Below, in pieces: positions 22,087-32,048 of a stretch of 64,000 bases of DNA. The notes below the pieces were generated by a model. That model had not been told where the DNA came from, ran no database searches, and saw only the letters and a list, made by a program, of their open reading frames with translations. The position numbers and the translations under genes were made by a program. Numbering within the stretch: position 1 is the stretch's first letter; each line of letters starts with the position of its first letter. This stretch comes from Candidatus Poribacteria bacterium (GTDB taxonomy: Bacteria; Poribacteria; WGA-4E; WGA-3G), in NCBI GenBank assembly GCA_963663765.2, contig CAXXUA010000005.1:320001-384000 (forward strand), written 5' to 3'.

Positions 22087-22461
22087 TTATTCAGGTTTCC
22101 GCGCGCCATATTTGGAACGTCCTTGGCGACGGTTTTCAACACCAGCGGTGTCTAATTTTCCACGAACAATGTGGTAACGCACGTTTGATAAATCTTTTAC
22201 TCTTCCGCCACGCACTAAAACCTGTGAGTGTTCCTGCAAATTGTGATCAATACCTGGAATATAGCAGGTCGCTTCATCAGAAGACGAAGAAAACCGGACA
22301 CGCGCTACTTTCCGTAAAGCTGAGTTCGGCTTATTCGGTGTTACTGTCTTCACCTGTAAGCAGATACCTCTACGCTGCGGACACTGCTGCAGTATCGGGG
22401 ATTTCGTCTTTTTACGATATTTTTTACGCGGTTTTTTGATTAACTGATTGATTGTCGGCAT
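22087..22461 (-). CDS. rpsL: 30S ribosomal protein S12 (non-canonical decoding loops)
   Basis: MPTINQL; PNSALRK; HNLQEHS; RGGRVKDL. Confidence 0.98.
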   Translation of the reverse strand: MPTINQLIKKPRKKYRKKTKSPILQQCPQRRGICLQVKTVTPNKPNSALRKVARVRFSSSSDEATCYIPGIDHNLQEHSQVLVRGGRVKDLSNVRYHIVRGKLDTAGVENRRQGRSKYGARKPE

Positions 22462-22634
22462 CTCCACTCCTCACTGACAATTTGACAACTTTTTGACAAA
22501 AGAAAAGCCCTCACAGGGCTTAATTCAACTGAACACAATAACGTTGCTCTGAAAAACTACGTTAGACTGCTTCCAAATTGAATGCCTCCTGTGTTTCTCT
22601 CAATAAAAAACTTACTGCTACACTCAAAACTTTA

Positions 22635-22663
22635 ATTATAATATGGTTTCTGTGATTTGTCAA
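22635..22663 (-). promoter_or_regulatory. Consensus sigma70 promoter of the str/S10 superoperon
   Basis: Minus strand TTGACA-17bp-TATAAT, exact consensus, about 170 nt upstream of rpsL. Confidence 0.85.
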
Positions 22664-22664
22664 G

Positions 22665-23624
22665 TTAAATTAGAAAAATTGTGAATATATTTAGATTTTT
22701 ATTGCGAATTTGTTGACTTCTTTTAGATTTATCGAAAAAATCGTAGAATTTACGACAGATGGACAGGAAACGTAGGTACAAAACTTTGGATTTCGGAGGA
22801 ATAGGTTTATAAAGTGGTTTCCCAGCTTCAATCGCATCAATATGCAGTCTTACTTGCCATGACTGTGGATGGTCGTTTGCCAATGCTTTCTTATAGCAAA
22901 CCCATGCAGCCTTAACATCACCTAACTTTTCAAACGCTTCACCTAAAGTAAGAAATCCAGCCTTTGGGTTCAAACGGTTTACCTGTTTCAAGTAAGGTAT
23001 GGCTTCTTTTGGTTTGTCGTCCAAAACTAATACACTTGCTAAAGATACTAAAGCGTTTATTGAATTTGGTTCAATTTCAAGTATCTCTCGATAGACTTGG
23101 GCTCTTTCGGTAAAACAATCTTTGTGCCAAGGGATCAGAACGTCAGCAAGGTAATATCTCGCTTCAAGTTCAATCGCGGTACCAGGATTTTCTACTATCG
23201 CACGTTCCGTATATTCACGGGATTCGGGTCTATGACCTATTGTTCTTATGTATTGGTAGGCACGCACTGTATCCAAACGTTTGAGAAGAGCAAGGTTTAA
23301 TACATCAAATGACAATAGATAGTCAACTGCTTGTTCAGGATCCATATCACCACATAAAATTTCCAATTCTTTTTCATGATACTCATCTGGATACACCTCA
23401 TAGTCAAATGCTGCGCTGTCCCTTGATTCAAAGGTGAATGTTTTGATTATCTTATCCTTATACTGAAGTCGTAAAGTCTTAAGTTGCTGCCTAACTTTTT
23501 CTGGAAGTGGTTGTGTTTCTCTCCTATTCTGTCTATAAGAATAGGAGTGTGTCGCATTATCAGGTGCTTCTTCACGTTTATTTCTTGATGTATGTGGAGA
23601 ATGATCATGAGTTGGGCATTCCAT
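22665..23624 (-). CDS. Tetratricopeptide-repeat protein
   Basis: TPR-like segments (EAIPYLKQVNRLNP; LGEAFEKLGDVKAAWVCYKKAL); AAGGAG RBS. Confidence 0.7.
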   Translation of the reverse strand: MECPTHDHSPHTSRNKREEAPDNATHSYSYRQNRRETQPLPEKVRQQLKTLRLQYKDKIIKTFTFESRDSAAFDYEVYPDEYHEKELEILCGDMDPEQAVDYLLSFDVLNLALLKRLDTVRAYQYIRTIGHRPESREYTERAIVENPGTAIELEARYYLADVLIPWHKDCFTERAQVYREILEIEPNSINALVSLASVLVLDDKPKEAIPYLKQVNRLNPKAGFLTLGEAFEKLGDVKAAWVCYKKALANDHPQSWQVRLHIDAIEAGKPLYKPIPPKSKVLYLRFLSICRKFYDFFDKSKRSQQIRNKNLNIFTIFLI

Positions 23625-23807
23625 ATGTTATCTCCTTAACAACTGTATTAGACTGTGTTTTACAAGTATCACCATGGATTTTCACAGTTCATAAGAAATT
23701 CAGTTTCAAATATCAAATGTTACAAATAAATCTCATGTCCGTTCATAGTCTTGTTTCATATTTTGCGTGAAAACCTATATGGTAGATTTTGTACTCTTCG
23801 TTATTTT

Positions 23808-25043
23808 TTACTCTTCTACTATCTCTTTTCCGCGTAGAATTACGTTCTGAACGGTAATATTTTCATCAACAATAACAATATCTGCAGCTTTATTAGGGGC
23901 AATTGAACCGACACGATCATCAATACCTAAATTCTGAGCGGGTGTTAAGGTCGCCATTGTTAACGCTTCTTCTAACGAAAATCCCCAACTTACGACATTA
24001 CAAACACCCTCCATAAGCGTAATAATCGCACCTGCCAGACGTTCTGTAGGTTTGCCGACATCTAACCACATTGCACCGTCCTTTATGTATTTATAGGTAT
24101 CAACATCTGCTTTGTCATTGAGTCGATAGGCATCAAGTTCATTTTCGTAGACAGCATCTTTCTGCCAATCTTCTGCTGAAAGTCCCGCATGTTCCGTGCA
24201 ATCCGTAATCAAACCAACGCCTGAAATGCCCTTATGTTGTATCAGTTGCATACCCCAAAAGGGATGGACGTGGTGTTCATCAACAATCAATTCTGCATGT
24301 ATGTTAGGGTGTTCTAAAACGGCTTCAAGTGCGCCAAGGTCGCGGTGGTGCATGCCGCTCATACCATTGTAGGCATGTGTAGCACGGGTCACACCGGCAT
24401 CAATTGCTTCCATCGCTTGTTGATAGGTAGCGTTTGTGTGTCCCATTGCAATGACGATGTTGTTGTACGCATCAGCCTTAATTTCCGCAAGATGTCTGAT
24501 AAACTGCAGATTTTCATCGTTTTCAGGAGCGACTGAAATTACCTTTAAGGTGCCATCCGAGGCTGCCCACATAGAATGAAATTCTTCAAAATTTGGGGGT
24601 GTGATATACTTTGCGTTCTGTGCTCCATTTTTAGCAAGACTCCCAAATTTACCCTCAACATACGAACCTATAATCCTTGCGCCGTCTTCAACTGGATTGT
24701 CTGCGACCTTCGCAATCGCAGTTAAGGAAGCATTTATCTGCTCCATACTCCCAGAGGAGATACCCACTACTAAAGACGTTACACCGTTAGCAGCATGTGC
24801 TCGCGCAATTGTTTCAATGTCCTCAACCTTGCCTGTCATACTATCTACACCACCACCACCGTGAATCAACCCGTCAATCAGTCCAGGAATTACAAGACAT
24901 CCAGACGCATCAATGACATTGTCCGACGGTGGCAGTTGTTCTTTTGTTATTGCTGAAATTGTATCACCTTGAATGACGAGATTACCTGGACCGAAATGTG
25001 TAGGTGTATAGATGTCGCCATTTAATATCGTTAGTGTATCCAT
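23808..25043 (-). CDS. nagA: N-acetylglucosamine-6-phosphate deacetylase-like amidohydrolase
   Basis: VIPGLID..HG; GHTNA; THAYNGM; LITD; TLTPAQNLG; GSIAPNKAADIV. Confidence 0.8.
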   Translation of the reverse strand: MDTLTILNGDIYTPTHFGPGNLVIQGDTISAITKEQLPPSDNVIDASGCLVIPGLIDGLIHGGGGVDSMTGKVEDIETIARAHAANGVTSLVVGISSGSMEQINASLTAIAKVADNPVEDGARIIGSYVEGKFGSLAKNGAQNAKYITPPNFEEFHSMWAASDGTLKVISVAPENDENLQFIRHLAEIKADAYNNIVIAMGHTNATYQQAMEAIDAGVTRATHAYNGMSGMHHRDLGALEAVLEHPNIHAELIVDEHHVHPFWGMQLIQHKGISGVGLITDCTEHAGLSAEDWQKDAVYENELDAYRLNDKADVDTYKYIKDGAMWLDVGKPTERLAGAIITLMEGVCNVVSWGFSLEEALTMATLTPAQNLGIDDRVGSIAPNKAADIVIVDENITVQNVILRGKEIVEE

Positions 25044-25062
25044 ATCTACCAAGTTCTCTTTC

Positions 25063-25695
25063 CTAATTCTGTTTTGAAACCCAGAGAACACTTTGTGCAA
25101 GAAATCTCAAGAAAGGTTCTAACGCAAAATCTTTTTGATGTCCTAATGAAGTATAACAGACACGTCCACCGTTATGCAAACGTGTCCATGCTACAGGTTC
25201 TGAATATTCGTCTGTATGCCCCATCAGAAGCACAGATGTATCATCGCGAAGCGATGGATTCTTGTAAAGACTTCCAAAACTTTCAAACTTTGGAATTCCA
25301 TCCAGAATTGCATGTTCTGGCACTATAAATTCTAATTGGACAGCAGGACCCTTCCCAAAATGTCCTTGATAATCTCCACCTAATACGTCCTTATCAAATT
25401 CCAACCAGTTTTGATACGCATGGCTTGCAGTTCTGATTCCGACAAGGGGTCTACCTTGTTCACAGTAGTTTTGAAATTGCATAAGAGATCTTCCGGAAGT
25501 ATTGAGGCGGCGTGTAAAAACTAACAAGACATCTGCATCATCTAATCCATCTAAAGGCGGGTTATCATCTTCTGATTTGTAGACAATCAAATTGGATTTG
25601 ATTGGATAGTTTTTCTCAACATAAGTTCTAAAGATATTCAATGAAGTTTCAGACTCGTATTCAAAAGAACCGGAAAGCATGCACAAATTTAGCAC
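25063..25695 (-). CDS. ThuA-like (class I GATase-like fold) protein
   Basis: GRPLVGIRTASHA; EPVAWTR..GGRVCYTSLGH. Confidence 0.85.
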   Translation of the reverse strand: MLNLCMLSGSFEYESETSLNIFRTYVEKNYPIKSNLIVYKSEDDNPPLDGLDDADVLLVFTRRLNTSGRSLMQFQNYCEQGRPLVGIRTASHAYQNWLEFDKDVLGGDYQGHFGKGPAVQLEFIVPEHAILDGIPKFESFGSLYKNPSLRDDTSVLLMGHTDEYSEPVAWTRLHNGGRVCYTSLGHQKDFALEPFLRFLAQSVLWVSKQN

Positions 25696-25726
25696 AGGAT
25701 TACTCCAAAAAAGCGATCAATCTATT

Positions 25727-26230
25727 CTACTTCTTTTCTAAAAACAGAAAACTGTAGGGATATGGATTTTTTTCGTCCGCTTCAAAGTCAGACCGTTTCA
25801 CTTCTTCCCACGTATTCCAATCAAATTCAGGAAAATAGACATCTCCCTCAAAAGTTGCGTGAACCTGTGTAAGATAAAGCCGACTTGCATAGGGCAAAAA
25901 TGCTGCGTAGATAGGGGCACCCCCACAAATCATAAGTTCGTCTCCGTAGTGTTCTGAAAGTGTTTCTGCAGTATTGATGACATCCACAGCTGAATGTGAC
26001 ACGATACAGTTTTCCGGTGCTTGATAGTTGCGGTTGCGGGTAAGGATAATGTTTTTCCGTTTAACTAACGGACGAGGAAGTGTTTCAAACGTTTTACGTC
26101 CCATCACGACAGGTTTACCGATGGTCATCTCGCGAAAGTGTTGCAGATCGGCCGGTAACCGCCAAGGGATATGTGGACCATTGCCAATAAGTCGGTTTCT
26201 ATCTGTGGCCGCAATTATTGAGATTAGCAA
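25727..26230 (-). CDS. folA: Dihydrofolate reductase
   Basis: IG..IPWRLPADLQHF; VVMGRKTFE; ICGGAPIY; GDVYFP. Confidence 0.96.
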   Translation of the reverse strand: MLISIIAATDRNRLIGNGPHIPWRLPADLQHFREMTIGKPVVMGRKTFETLPRPLVKRKNIILTRNRNYQAPENCIVSHSAVDVINTAETLSEHYGDELMICGGAPIYAAFLPYASRLYLTQVHATFEGDVYFPEFDWNTWEEVKRSDFEADEKNPYPYSFLFLEKK

Positions 26231-26269
26231 TTATTCTAAGACTCCTACAGTTCACATTACGACTAAATT

Positions 26270-26962
26270 TCACCGATCCTGCATTTGTTCTGAGACAATT
26301 TCAATAGTCCTTGTCCACCTGAGTTCATCTCCCCAGAAACTGCTACCTTCTGAACTACTTCCCATTTCCTCATGTGGTTCTAAAAAATCTTGAATAGGTA
26401 TTTTTCGTTTCAACCTTTTCCCATTAAAATAGAAATGTAATGTATTATCGTTAATGAGCCTAAAGTTGTCAGGTGGATTAATCTTAGTTCGTGAAGAACG
26501 TTTACTACTGTTGATTTCTTCAATTGAGTAATGCAGCATAAGCCAGTTACTTGTTCGGAAAATAGCGTATGCCTCGCGCAACCTAAAACCTTTGGTAACC
26601 TTGGATTTTGCTAAGGGAGGGGTGAACGCACTCATTGGATCCTCTTCTGCAGTAAAATGGAAAAGTGTCAACCCATCTAACCTATTTGTACCTCTGAATA
26701 GAATGTTATCGCTAAGTCCATTAAACGGCAATGAAAGAGGGACAATCTGTTTTTCTGTTATTTTATCTCTATTGAATTCTATGATCATTTGGTCGGTCTT
26801 GAGTTGGGCACTGACTATTTTCCACTTGTCTGGCATTCGAACCCATACTGTAAAACAATCACGATTACCACCATATCCAGAATAGACAAGTTCCTGTTGT
26901 TCAACTTGACAACTAACACTCAGTAGTAGAAGAATAATAACACATAATAACCGAGTTTTCAT
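26270..26962 (-). CDS. Hypothetical lipoprotein
   Basis: Lipobox LSVSC; GGAG RBS; shares motifs with the neighbouring gene. Confidence 0.7.
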   Translation of the reverse strand: MKTRLLCVIILLLLSVSCQVEQQELVYSGYGGNRDCFTVWVRMPDKWKIVSAQLKTDQMIIEFNRDKITEKQIVPLSLPFNGLSDNILFRGTNRLDGLTLFHFTAEEDPMSAFTPPLAKSKVTKGFRLREAYAIFRTSNWLMLHYSIEEINSSKRSSRTKINPPDNFRLINDNTLHFYFNGKRLKRKIPIQDFLEPHEEMGSSSEGSSFWGDELRWTRTIEIVSEQMQDR

Positions 26963-26998
26963 CTGATTACTCTCCGCATTTAATGGAGGAGGGGTTTT

Positions 26999-27799
26999 TT
27001 AACGGTCTATTAAATTCTGACGGTTAAAGGATCGGTTTCTATTTGGAGCAACCCTGGTCGGTTGGTTTCTATTTGCAATAACATTAAAATTCACGAGAAA
27101 AATATCATCACCAATTTTCTTCTTACCCTCAACTTTCGCATTTTCATGGGGTTGCAAGTGGCCAAGCGGAATCCTAATATATTCATTGAGGATTTCTGGA
27201 TCCTCAATGCTGACATTCATAACTCTATTTCCATCTGTAGCATACTCAACATTTTTAAATTTAGCGTGAGGTTTAAGCTCAACACGTAATCCCAATCTTG
27301 AAGTCTTCAAGGACGGTTTCAACACACTTGAAAGAAAACAATATGCAGTGATTCTGTCCCCAACGCGAAATGTGCCTATATTCTTAAAGGGACCAGCTTT
27401 ATTTGGTAGGTTTTTCATCCGCCAACCACTCCAGTTAAAGTGAAAAGACAACTTACCTGGTCTCGGAGGAGATATCTTTAAATGAACAACACCATACCCG
27501 TTTATCCTGTCTGTCCCTATAATTCTTGCAGTTTCATAAGGTTCAATGAGTTTAAACTCAAAATCGGTTTGAAGTGAGGTGATGCGTTTCTTAATATTCT
27601 TACCATCATCAATATTTACATGCAGTTCCTGTTTTTCAAGTGTCGCATCAACAATTCTTGACTTGTTGTTCATAGACAAAAATACTAATAACGTGTCATT
27701 AATTCGATAGAATTTATAACCCGGTGTAGATTTTCCGCAACCACCAAGTACTATTGTAACACTAATGAAGAATGCTATCAGACCTTTTGTTATAGTCAT
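26999..27799 (-). CDS. Hypothetical lipoprotein
   Basis: Lipobox LGGC; shares motifs with the neighbouring gene. Confidence 0.7.
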   Translation of the reverse strand: MTITKGLIAFFISVTIVLGGCGKSTPGYKFYRINDTLLVFLSMNNKSRIVDATLEKQELHVNIDDGKNIKKRITSLQTDFEFKLIEPYETARIIGTDRINGYGVVHLKISPPRPGKLSFHFNWSGWRMKNLPNKAGPFKNIGTFRVGDRITAYCFLSSVLKPSLKTSRLGLRVELKPHAKFKNVEYATDGNRVMNVSIEDPEILNEYIRIPLGHLQPHENAKVEGKKKIGDDIFLVNFNVIANRNQPTRVAPNRNRSFNRQNLIDR

Positions 27800-27811
27800 T
27801 TCAGATAACCT

Positions 27812-28609
27812 TTACACTATCATCTTAGCACGAATTGCATCGTGATGTTGATAGTTTTCTAACTGTAAATCTTGGATTCTGAAGTTGTCAATTGTGGTGA
27901 CATTAGTGTTCAGGACAAGTTCTGGTAATGGGTAAGGTTGTCGTTTGAGTTGTATTTTTACCTGATCAAAATGTGAGTGGTAGATATGTGCATCTCCTAA
28001 TACATGGACAAACTCACTCGGTTGAAGATCAGTTACCTGAGCAACCATTGATAGCAACAACGAGTAGGACGCTATATTAAATGGAACACCGAGAAACATA
28101 TCGCAACTACGTTGATACATCTGCAACGACAATTTGCCATCTGCTACGAAGAATTGAAAGAACATGTGACACGGTGCCAACGCCATTTGATCCAATTCTG
28201 CTGGATTCCAAGCTGTAACTACATGCCGACGACTGTTAGGATACGACTTTATTTGTTCAATCACATCAGCCAGTTGGTCAATTCTACCGTTCTCTTTTCG
28301 CCATCTGCGCCATTGCACACCATATATGCACCCCAGCAACCCGTCTCGACCCCAAGCTGCCGCATTTGCATTCCATATCTGTGTGCCGAGTTTCTGAAAT
28401 TGTTTAACGTGATCGTATCCACGCAGAAATCCCAGAAGTTCTGCTTTAACAGAACGAAAGGCAAGTTTTTTTGTGGTAACTGCGGGAAACCCATCTTCTA
28501 AGTTGTATCGCATCTGCATGCCGAACAACGCGCGAGTCATCCCGTTTCTACCTTCACGGTCAACACCTGCGTCCAATACTTGCTGTAGTCCTTCAAGATA
28601 CTGTTTCAT
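27812..28609 (-). CDS. thyA: Thymidylate synthase
   Basis: MALAPCH; YQRSCDMFLGVPFNIASY; GDAHIY. Confidence 0.97.
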   Translation of the reverse strand: MKQYLEGLQQVLDAGVDREGRNGMTRALFGMQMRYNLEDGFPAVTTKKLAFRSVKAELLGFLRGYDHVKQFQKLGTQIWNANAAAWGRDGLLGCIYGVQWRRWRKENGRIDQLADVIEQIKSYPNSRRHVVTAWNPAELDQMALAPCHMFFQFFVADGKLSLQMYQRSCDMFLGVPFNIASYSLLLSMVAQVTDLQPSEFVHVLGDAHIYHSHFDQVKIQLKRQPYPLPELVLNTNVTTIDNFRIQDLQLENYQHHDAIRAKMIV

Positions 28610-28680
28610 ATTTACTACTATAACTCCTTAATTATCAATGACGTTTTTGTGCATATAAAAACGTCATTAGAAGTATATAG

Positions 28681-29112
28681 TTACCGATCTGTGCTGCCGA
28701 AACCACCTCGAGATGCAGCGGACATCTGATCAACTTCATTCCATGCTGCTGTATCCACCCGCACAAAAACACCTTGCGCAATCCGACTGCCTCTTTCAAT
28801 CGGCACAGGTTCATCGGTGAAATTGTACACCTGAATTTTGAGTTCATCCTCTTCGCCGCAATAGTCATTGTCAACAATACCAACTCCTTGTGCCATCATC
28901 AAACCGAATTTACGTGGAGTACTACTACGTAAACATACTAATAGCATGTAACCGGGAGGTGTTTCTACGATAACGTTCGCAGGAATTAAGACTATGCTGT
29001 GGGGTGCGATTTCTGCGGATTCCCTACATAATAGATCAAACCCAACAGATCCGTCGGTTTCGTATTTCGGTAATGGTAGGCTTTTGTCTACCCGTTTGAT
29101 TTTCACATTCAC
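28681..29112 (-). CDS. dut: dUTP diphosphatase
   Basis: GFDL; RSS; GIVDNDY; RIAQG; RGGFGST. Confidence 0.93.
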   Translation of the reverse strand: MNVKIKRVDKSLPLPKYETDGSVGFDLLCRESAEIAPHSIVLIPANVIVETPPGYMLLVCLRSSTPRKFGLMMAQGVGIVDNDYCGEEDELKIQVYNFTDEPVPIERGSRIAQGVFVRVDTAAWNEVDQMSAASRGGFGSTDR

Positions 29113-30002
29113 TATGACACCGCTATCCCTTCTACCTTACACTCTACGCGATAAAGTGATGTACTTGCAGTGATAAAGAGGCTTTTCCAATAATCACCAC
29201 CCCATGCAAGATTCGCAGAACGTTCAGGCACGAGGATTACGCCAAGATGCGTGGAATCTGGAGCGAAAACCCAAATACCGTTCGGACCTGTTACATAAAC
29301 ATTACCTTTTACATCTACCTTCATGCCATCCGGTTTTCCGTTCCCACCCTTTTCTTTAGCAAAGACTCGCCCGTTTGCAATGGTCCCATCCTCTTGAACA
29401 TCAAACGCACGGATATGCATCTTTTGTGTGTCGTTTATGTATAGAATAGACTCATCAGGTGAGAAGCAGATACCGTTGGGTCTATCAAAATCATCAATAA
29501 GCAATGTCAAGGTTGTGCCATCTGGTGATAAACGGTATACACCGTGAAAATCAAGCTCTTTTTTGGAGTCTGAACCCGATAGTCCATACGGAGGATCCGT
29601 AAAATAGATGCTACCATCAGTTTTGACAACAATATCATTCGGACTGTTCAGACGTTTCCCTTCATATTGTGAAGCGATTGAGATTACATCTCCATCCGCT
29701 GTTGTCCGAGACACACGGCGGTTTGCATGCTCACAAGTAATCAGATGACCACCTTTATCGTAAGTTAATCCGTTTGATTTTCCAGAAGGATCTCTGAAAA
29801 CCGTCATACCAGATTCTTCATCCCATCGCCGTATTTTGTTCTCAGGAATATCACTAAAAAGTAAATACCTACCGACAGAATGCCATAGGGGACCTTCCGT
29901 GAATTTGCATCCTGTTGCTAATTGCTCTATTTTTGCTTCAGCATCAATTAAATCTAATAAACGTTTATCACGTACATCAAGTGTCATGTTTATTCCTTTC
30001 AA
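29112..30002 (-). CDS. SMP-30/gluconolactonase family protein
   Basis: FTEGPLW; LNSPND; FTDPPYG; PNGICFSPD; PDGMKVD. Confidence 0.93.
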   Translation of the reverse strand: MKGINMTLDVRDKRLLDLIDAEAKIEQLATGCKFTEGPLWHSVGRYLLFSDIPENKIRRWDEESGMTVFRDPSGKSNGLTYDKGGHLITCEHANRRVSRTTADGDVISIASQYEGKRLNSPNDIVVKTDGSIYFTDPPYGLSGSDSKKELDFHGVYRLSPDGTTLTLLIDDFDRPNGICFSPDESILYINDTQKMHIRAFDVQEDGTIANGRVFAKEKGGNGKPDGMKVDVKGNVYVTGPNGIWVFAPDSTHLGVILVPERSANLAWGGDYWKSLFITASTSLYRVECKVEGIAVS

Positions 30003-30375
30003 GTAAATGATTTATTATACATTTTTTCTTTTTTATGATGAAATATGAAAATAATTATACATCGTTTTCAGTTAACTGCTTTAGAAGACGTACTATTTTT
30101 TATCCCTCTTGTATTCGGTAGGAGCGACCCGTGGAATGCTATATGGCATTCATATCGTAGGTTTGGACAGAATACATGCAACACCTATAGAGTTGATTCA
30201 CGCATACAAGATGACGTTTCAACATAGATTTCCAATAGATTATATATGATATCTATTGTTCTCAAAACATAAAACACAACAAACCCACACCACCATAAGG
30301 TATAATATTTCCCATACACACAAATAAAATCCAAACTTTTAGTCTTATACAAAATACAGAAAAAGGAGTACCAAA

Positions 30376-30471
30376 ATGACAAAAAACCCATTTAGTTGTT
30401 TTTTTCAAAATTTCGTAAATTCAGAAAACCTTTATAAACCCACACCACGACAAGATCGAAAACACCTGTGA
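30376..30471 (+). CDS. Possible 31-aa small ORF
   Basis: AAAGGAG RBS then MTKNPFSCFFQNFVNSENLYKPTPRQDRKHL*; TATAAT at 30301; no recognisable homology. Confidence 0.2.
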   Translation: MTKNPFSCFFQNFVNSENLYKPTPRQDRKHL

Positions 30472-30763
30472 AAAATTCGCAAAAATGAGAAAAAAACAAC
30501 CAAAAAATTCCAATACACGGACCAGGCTCGAAACCAGAAGCATTCAATTGTCTGTCGATTAATCACACACGCTAACATTTTGATTCGTATGTAGGAAGGT
30601 AAAATCGGGGTTGCAAACTATAACTATAAGAGTACATTTCAACAATAGAATGCCTATGTACTACATACAAAATCCTTGACACACATTCCTATTTATGTTA
30701 ACATTAATATATTGCATGATAGGTATAAATAAAAAAAGGGTTTCCGAACTGAAATGAAAAAAA

Positions 30764-30837
<74 letters not shown>

Positions 30838-30856
30838 ATACATAAAATGTCTTAAT

Positions 30857-30885
30857 AGTTTAGCATCTTCAAAAATTTTTGTCAA
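30857..30885 (-). promoter_or_regulatory. sigma70 promoter of tRNA-Arg
   Basis: TTGACA-17bp-TAAACT, with TG extension. Confidence 0.7.
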
Positions 30886-30918
30886 GTATTTGTGTAAGTA
30901 TTGTGGAGGATTCTCATT

Positions 30919-32040
30919 ATGGTAGGTAAAGATCAACAAACTTCGTTCAGCAGCAAATGCAAACGTTTTTTTGCGTTATTTGGAATTGTTCTATTCTTAT
31001 TAACTTATGCACCCGAAATCGTAGAAAGCCGCCGCAGTTTCGGTGGCAGTCGTAGTTTTGGACGCAGCTATAGTCGAAGCTCAAGTCGTAGCTACAGTCG
31101 CAGTTCAACATCAAGGACATACAGTAAACCGAAAAGTAGTAGTAGTTCATCACGAAGCACATATACAAAACCAAGTACGTCAACATCAAGTCGCAGCAGC
31201 TACGGTAGCAGTCGCACAACAGGAACAACTCCTACACGCGGAAGTGCAACCGCGCGCCAGAGACAGACAGCAACGAATCGTGCAAAAACAACGAACACGC
31301 CATCAACACGGAACAGCACGACATCACGTACTCAGCAACGGACAACAACAGCACAGAACAGGAAACAAGTCCGACAACTAACAGCGGAAAATCGCAGTTT
31401 AAAACGCAAGGTTACTACTGCAAACCGACAAACTGCAAGTGCACGTAGACAACAACGCCAAACTATTACAGTTAATAATTTTGGTGGTTACTATCCAATG
31501 GTTGGATACTCAATTTATAGTCGCTCAGCATCTATTGCATATAACAATATGTTGTTCGGTATTTATTTCCATGACCATTATAATCATAGGATCCGTCATA
31601 GTTATTTGTGGCACTACCACCATCGGGACTATGACCGATCACATTGGAGTAAAGAAAAGCAAGAAGAGTACGAATTTTATAAAGATTATTATGAAAGTCA
31701 AGGAGTTGAAGCCAACTCAAGTTACGTTGACCCGGGAACAGATCGTGATGAAAATTACATTGCCTCTTATGTTGATGAAAATCCAGATAAGTTCTATGGA
31801 GAAAATATAGAAACTGTCACCGTTGAAGAACTTCCTGATGAAAAAGCGATAAAACAGGAACTCCTTGCATCTGCAGAATCTCCCAATGTAACTACAAACA
31901 CGCAGCGCGCCCCACCACAGCAGCATACAGTTATCGTTCAGAAAAAAACCTCAGGGGCAACATGGTTTGTCTTAATATTTGGTGCACTCCTCGTCGTTGG
32001 TGTCATAATGTTAGTAATGTATAATAAAGGTTATTTTTAG
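30919..32040 (+). CDS. Membrane-anchored protein with Ser/Thr/Arg-rich disordered region
   Basis: N-terminal signal/TM; RRSFGGSRSFGRS low-complexity tract; His/Tyr-rich segment; C-terminal TM; GGAGGA RBS. Confidence 0.8.
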   Translation: MVGKDQQTSFSSKCKRFFALFGIVLFLLTYAPEIVESRRSFGGSRSFGRSYSRSSSRSYSRSSTSRTYSKPKSSSSSSRSTYTKPSTSTSSRSSYGSSRTTGTTPTRGSATARQRQTATNRAKTTNTPSTRNSTTSRTQQRTTTAQNRKQVRQLTAENRSLKRKVTTANRQTASARRQQRQTITVNNFGGYYPMVGYSIYSRSASIAYNNMLFGIYFHDHYNHRIRHSYLWHYHHRDYDRSHWSKEKQEEYEFYKDYYESQGVEANSSYVDPGTDRDENYIASYVDENPDKFYGENIETVTVEELPDEKAIKQELLASAESPNVTTNTQRAPPQQHTVIVQKKTSGATWFVLIFGALLVVGVIMLVMYNKGYF

Positions 32041-32048
32041 GTGATTGC

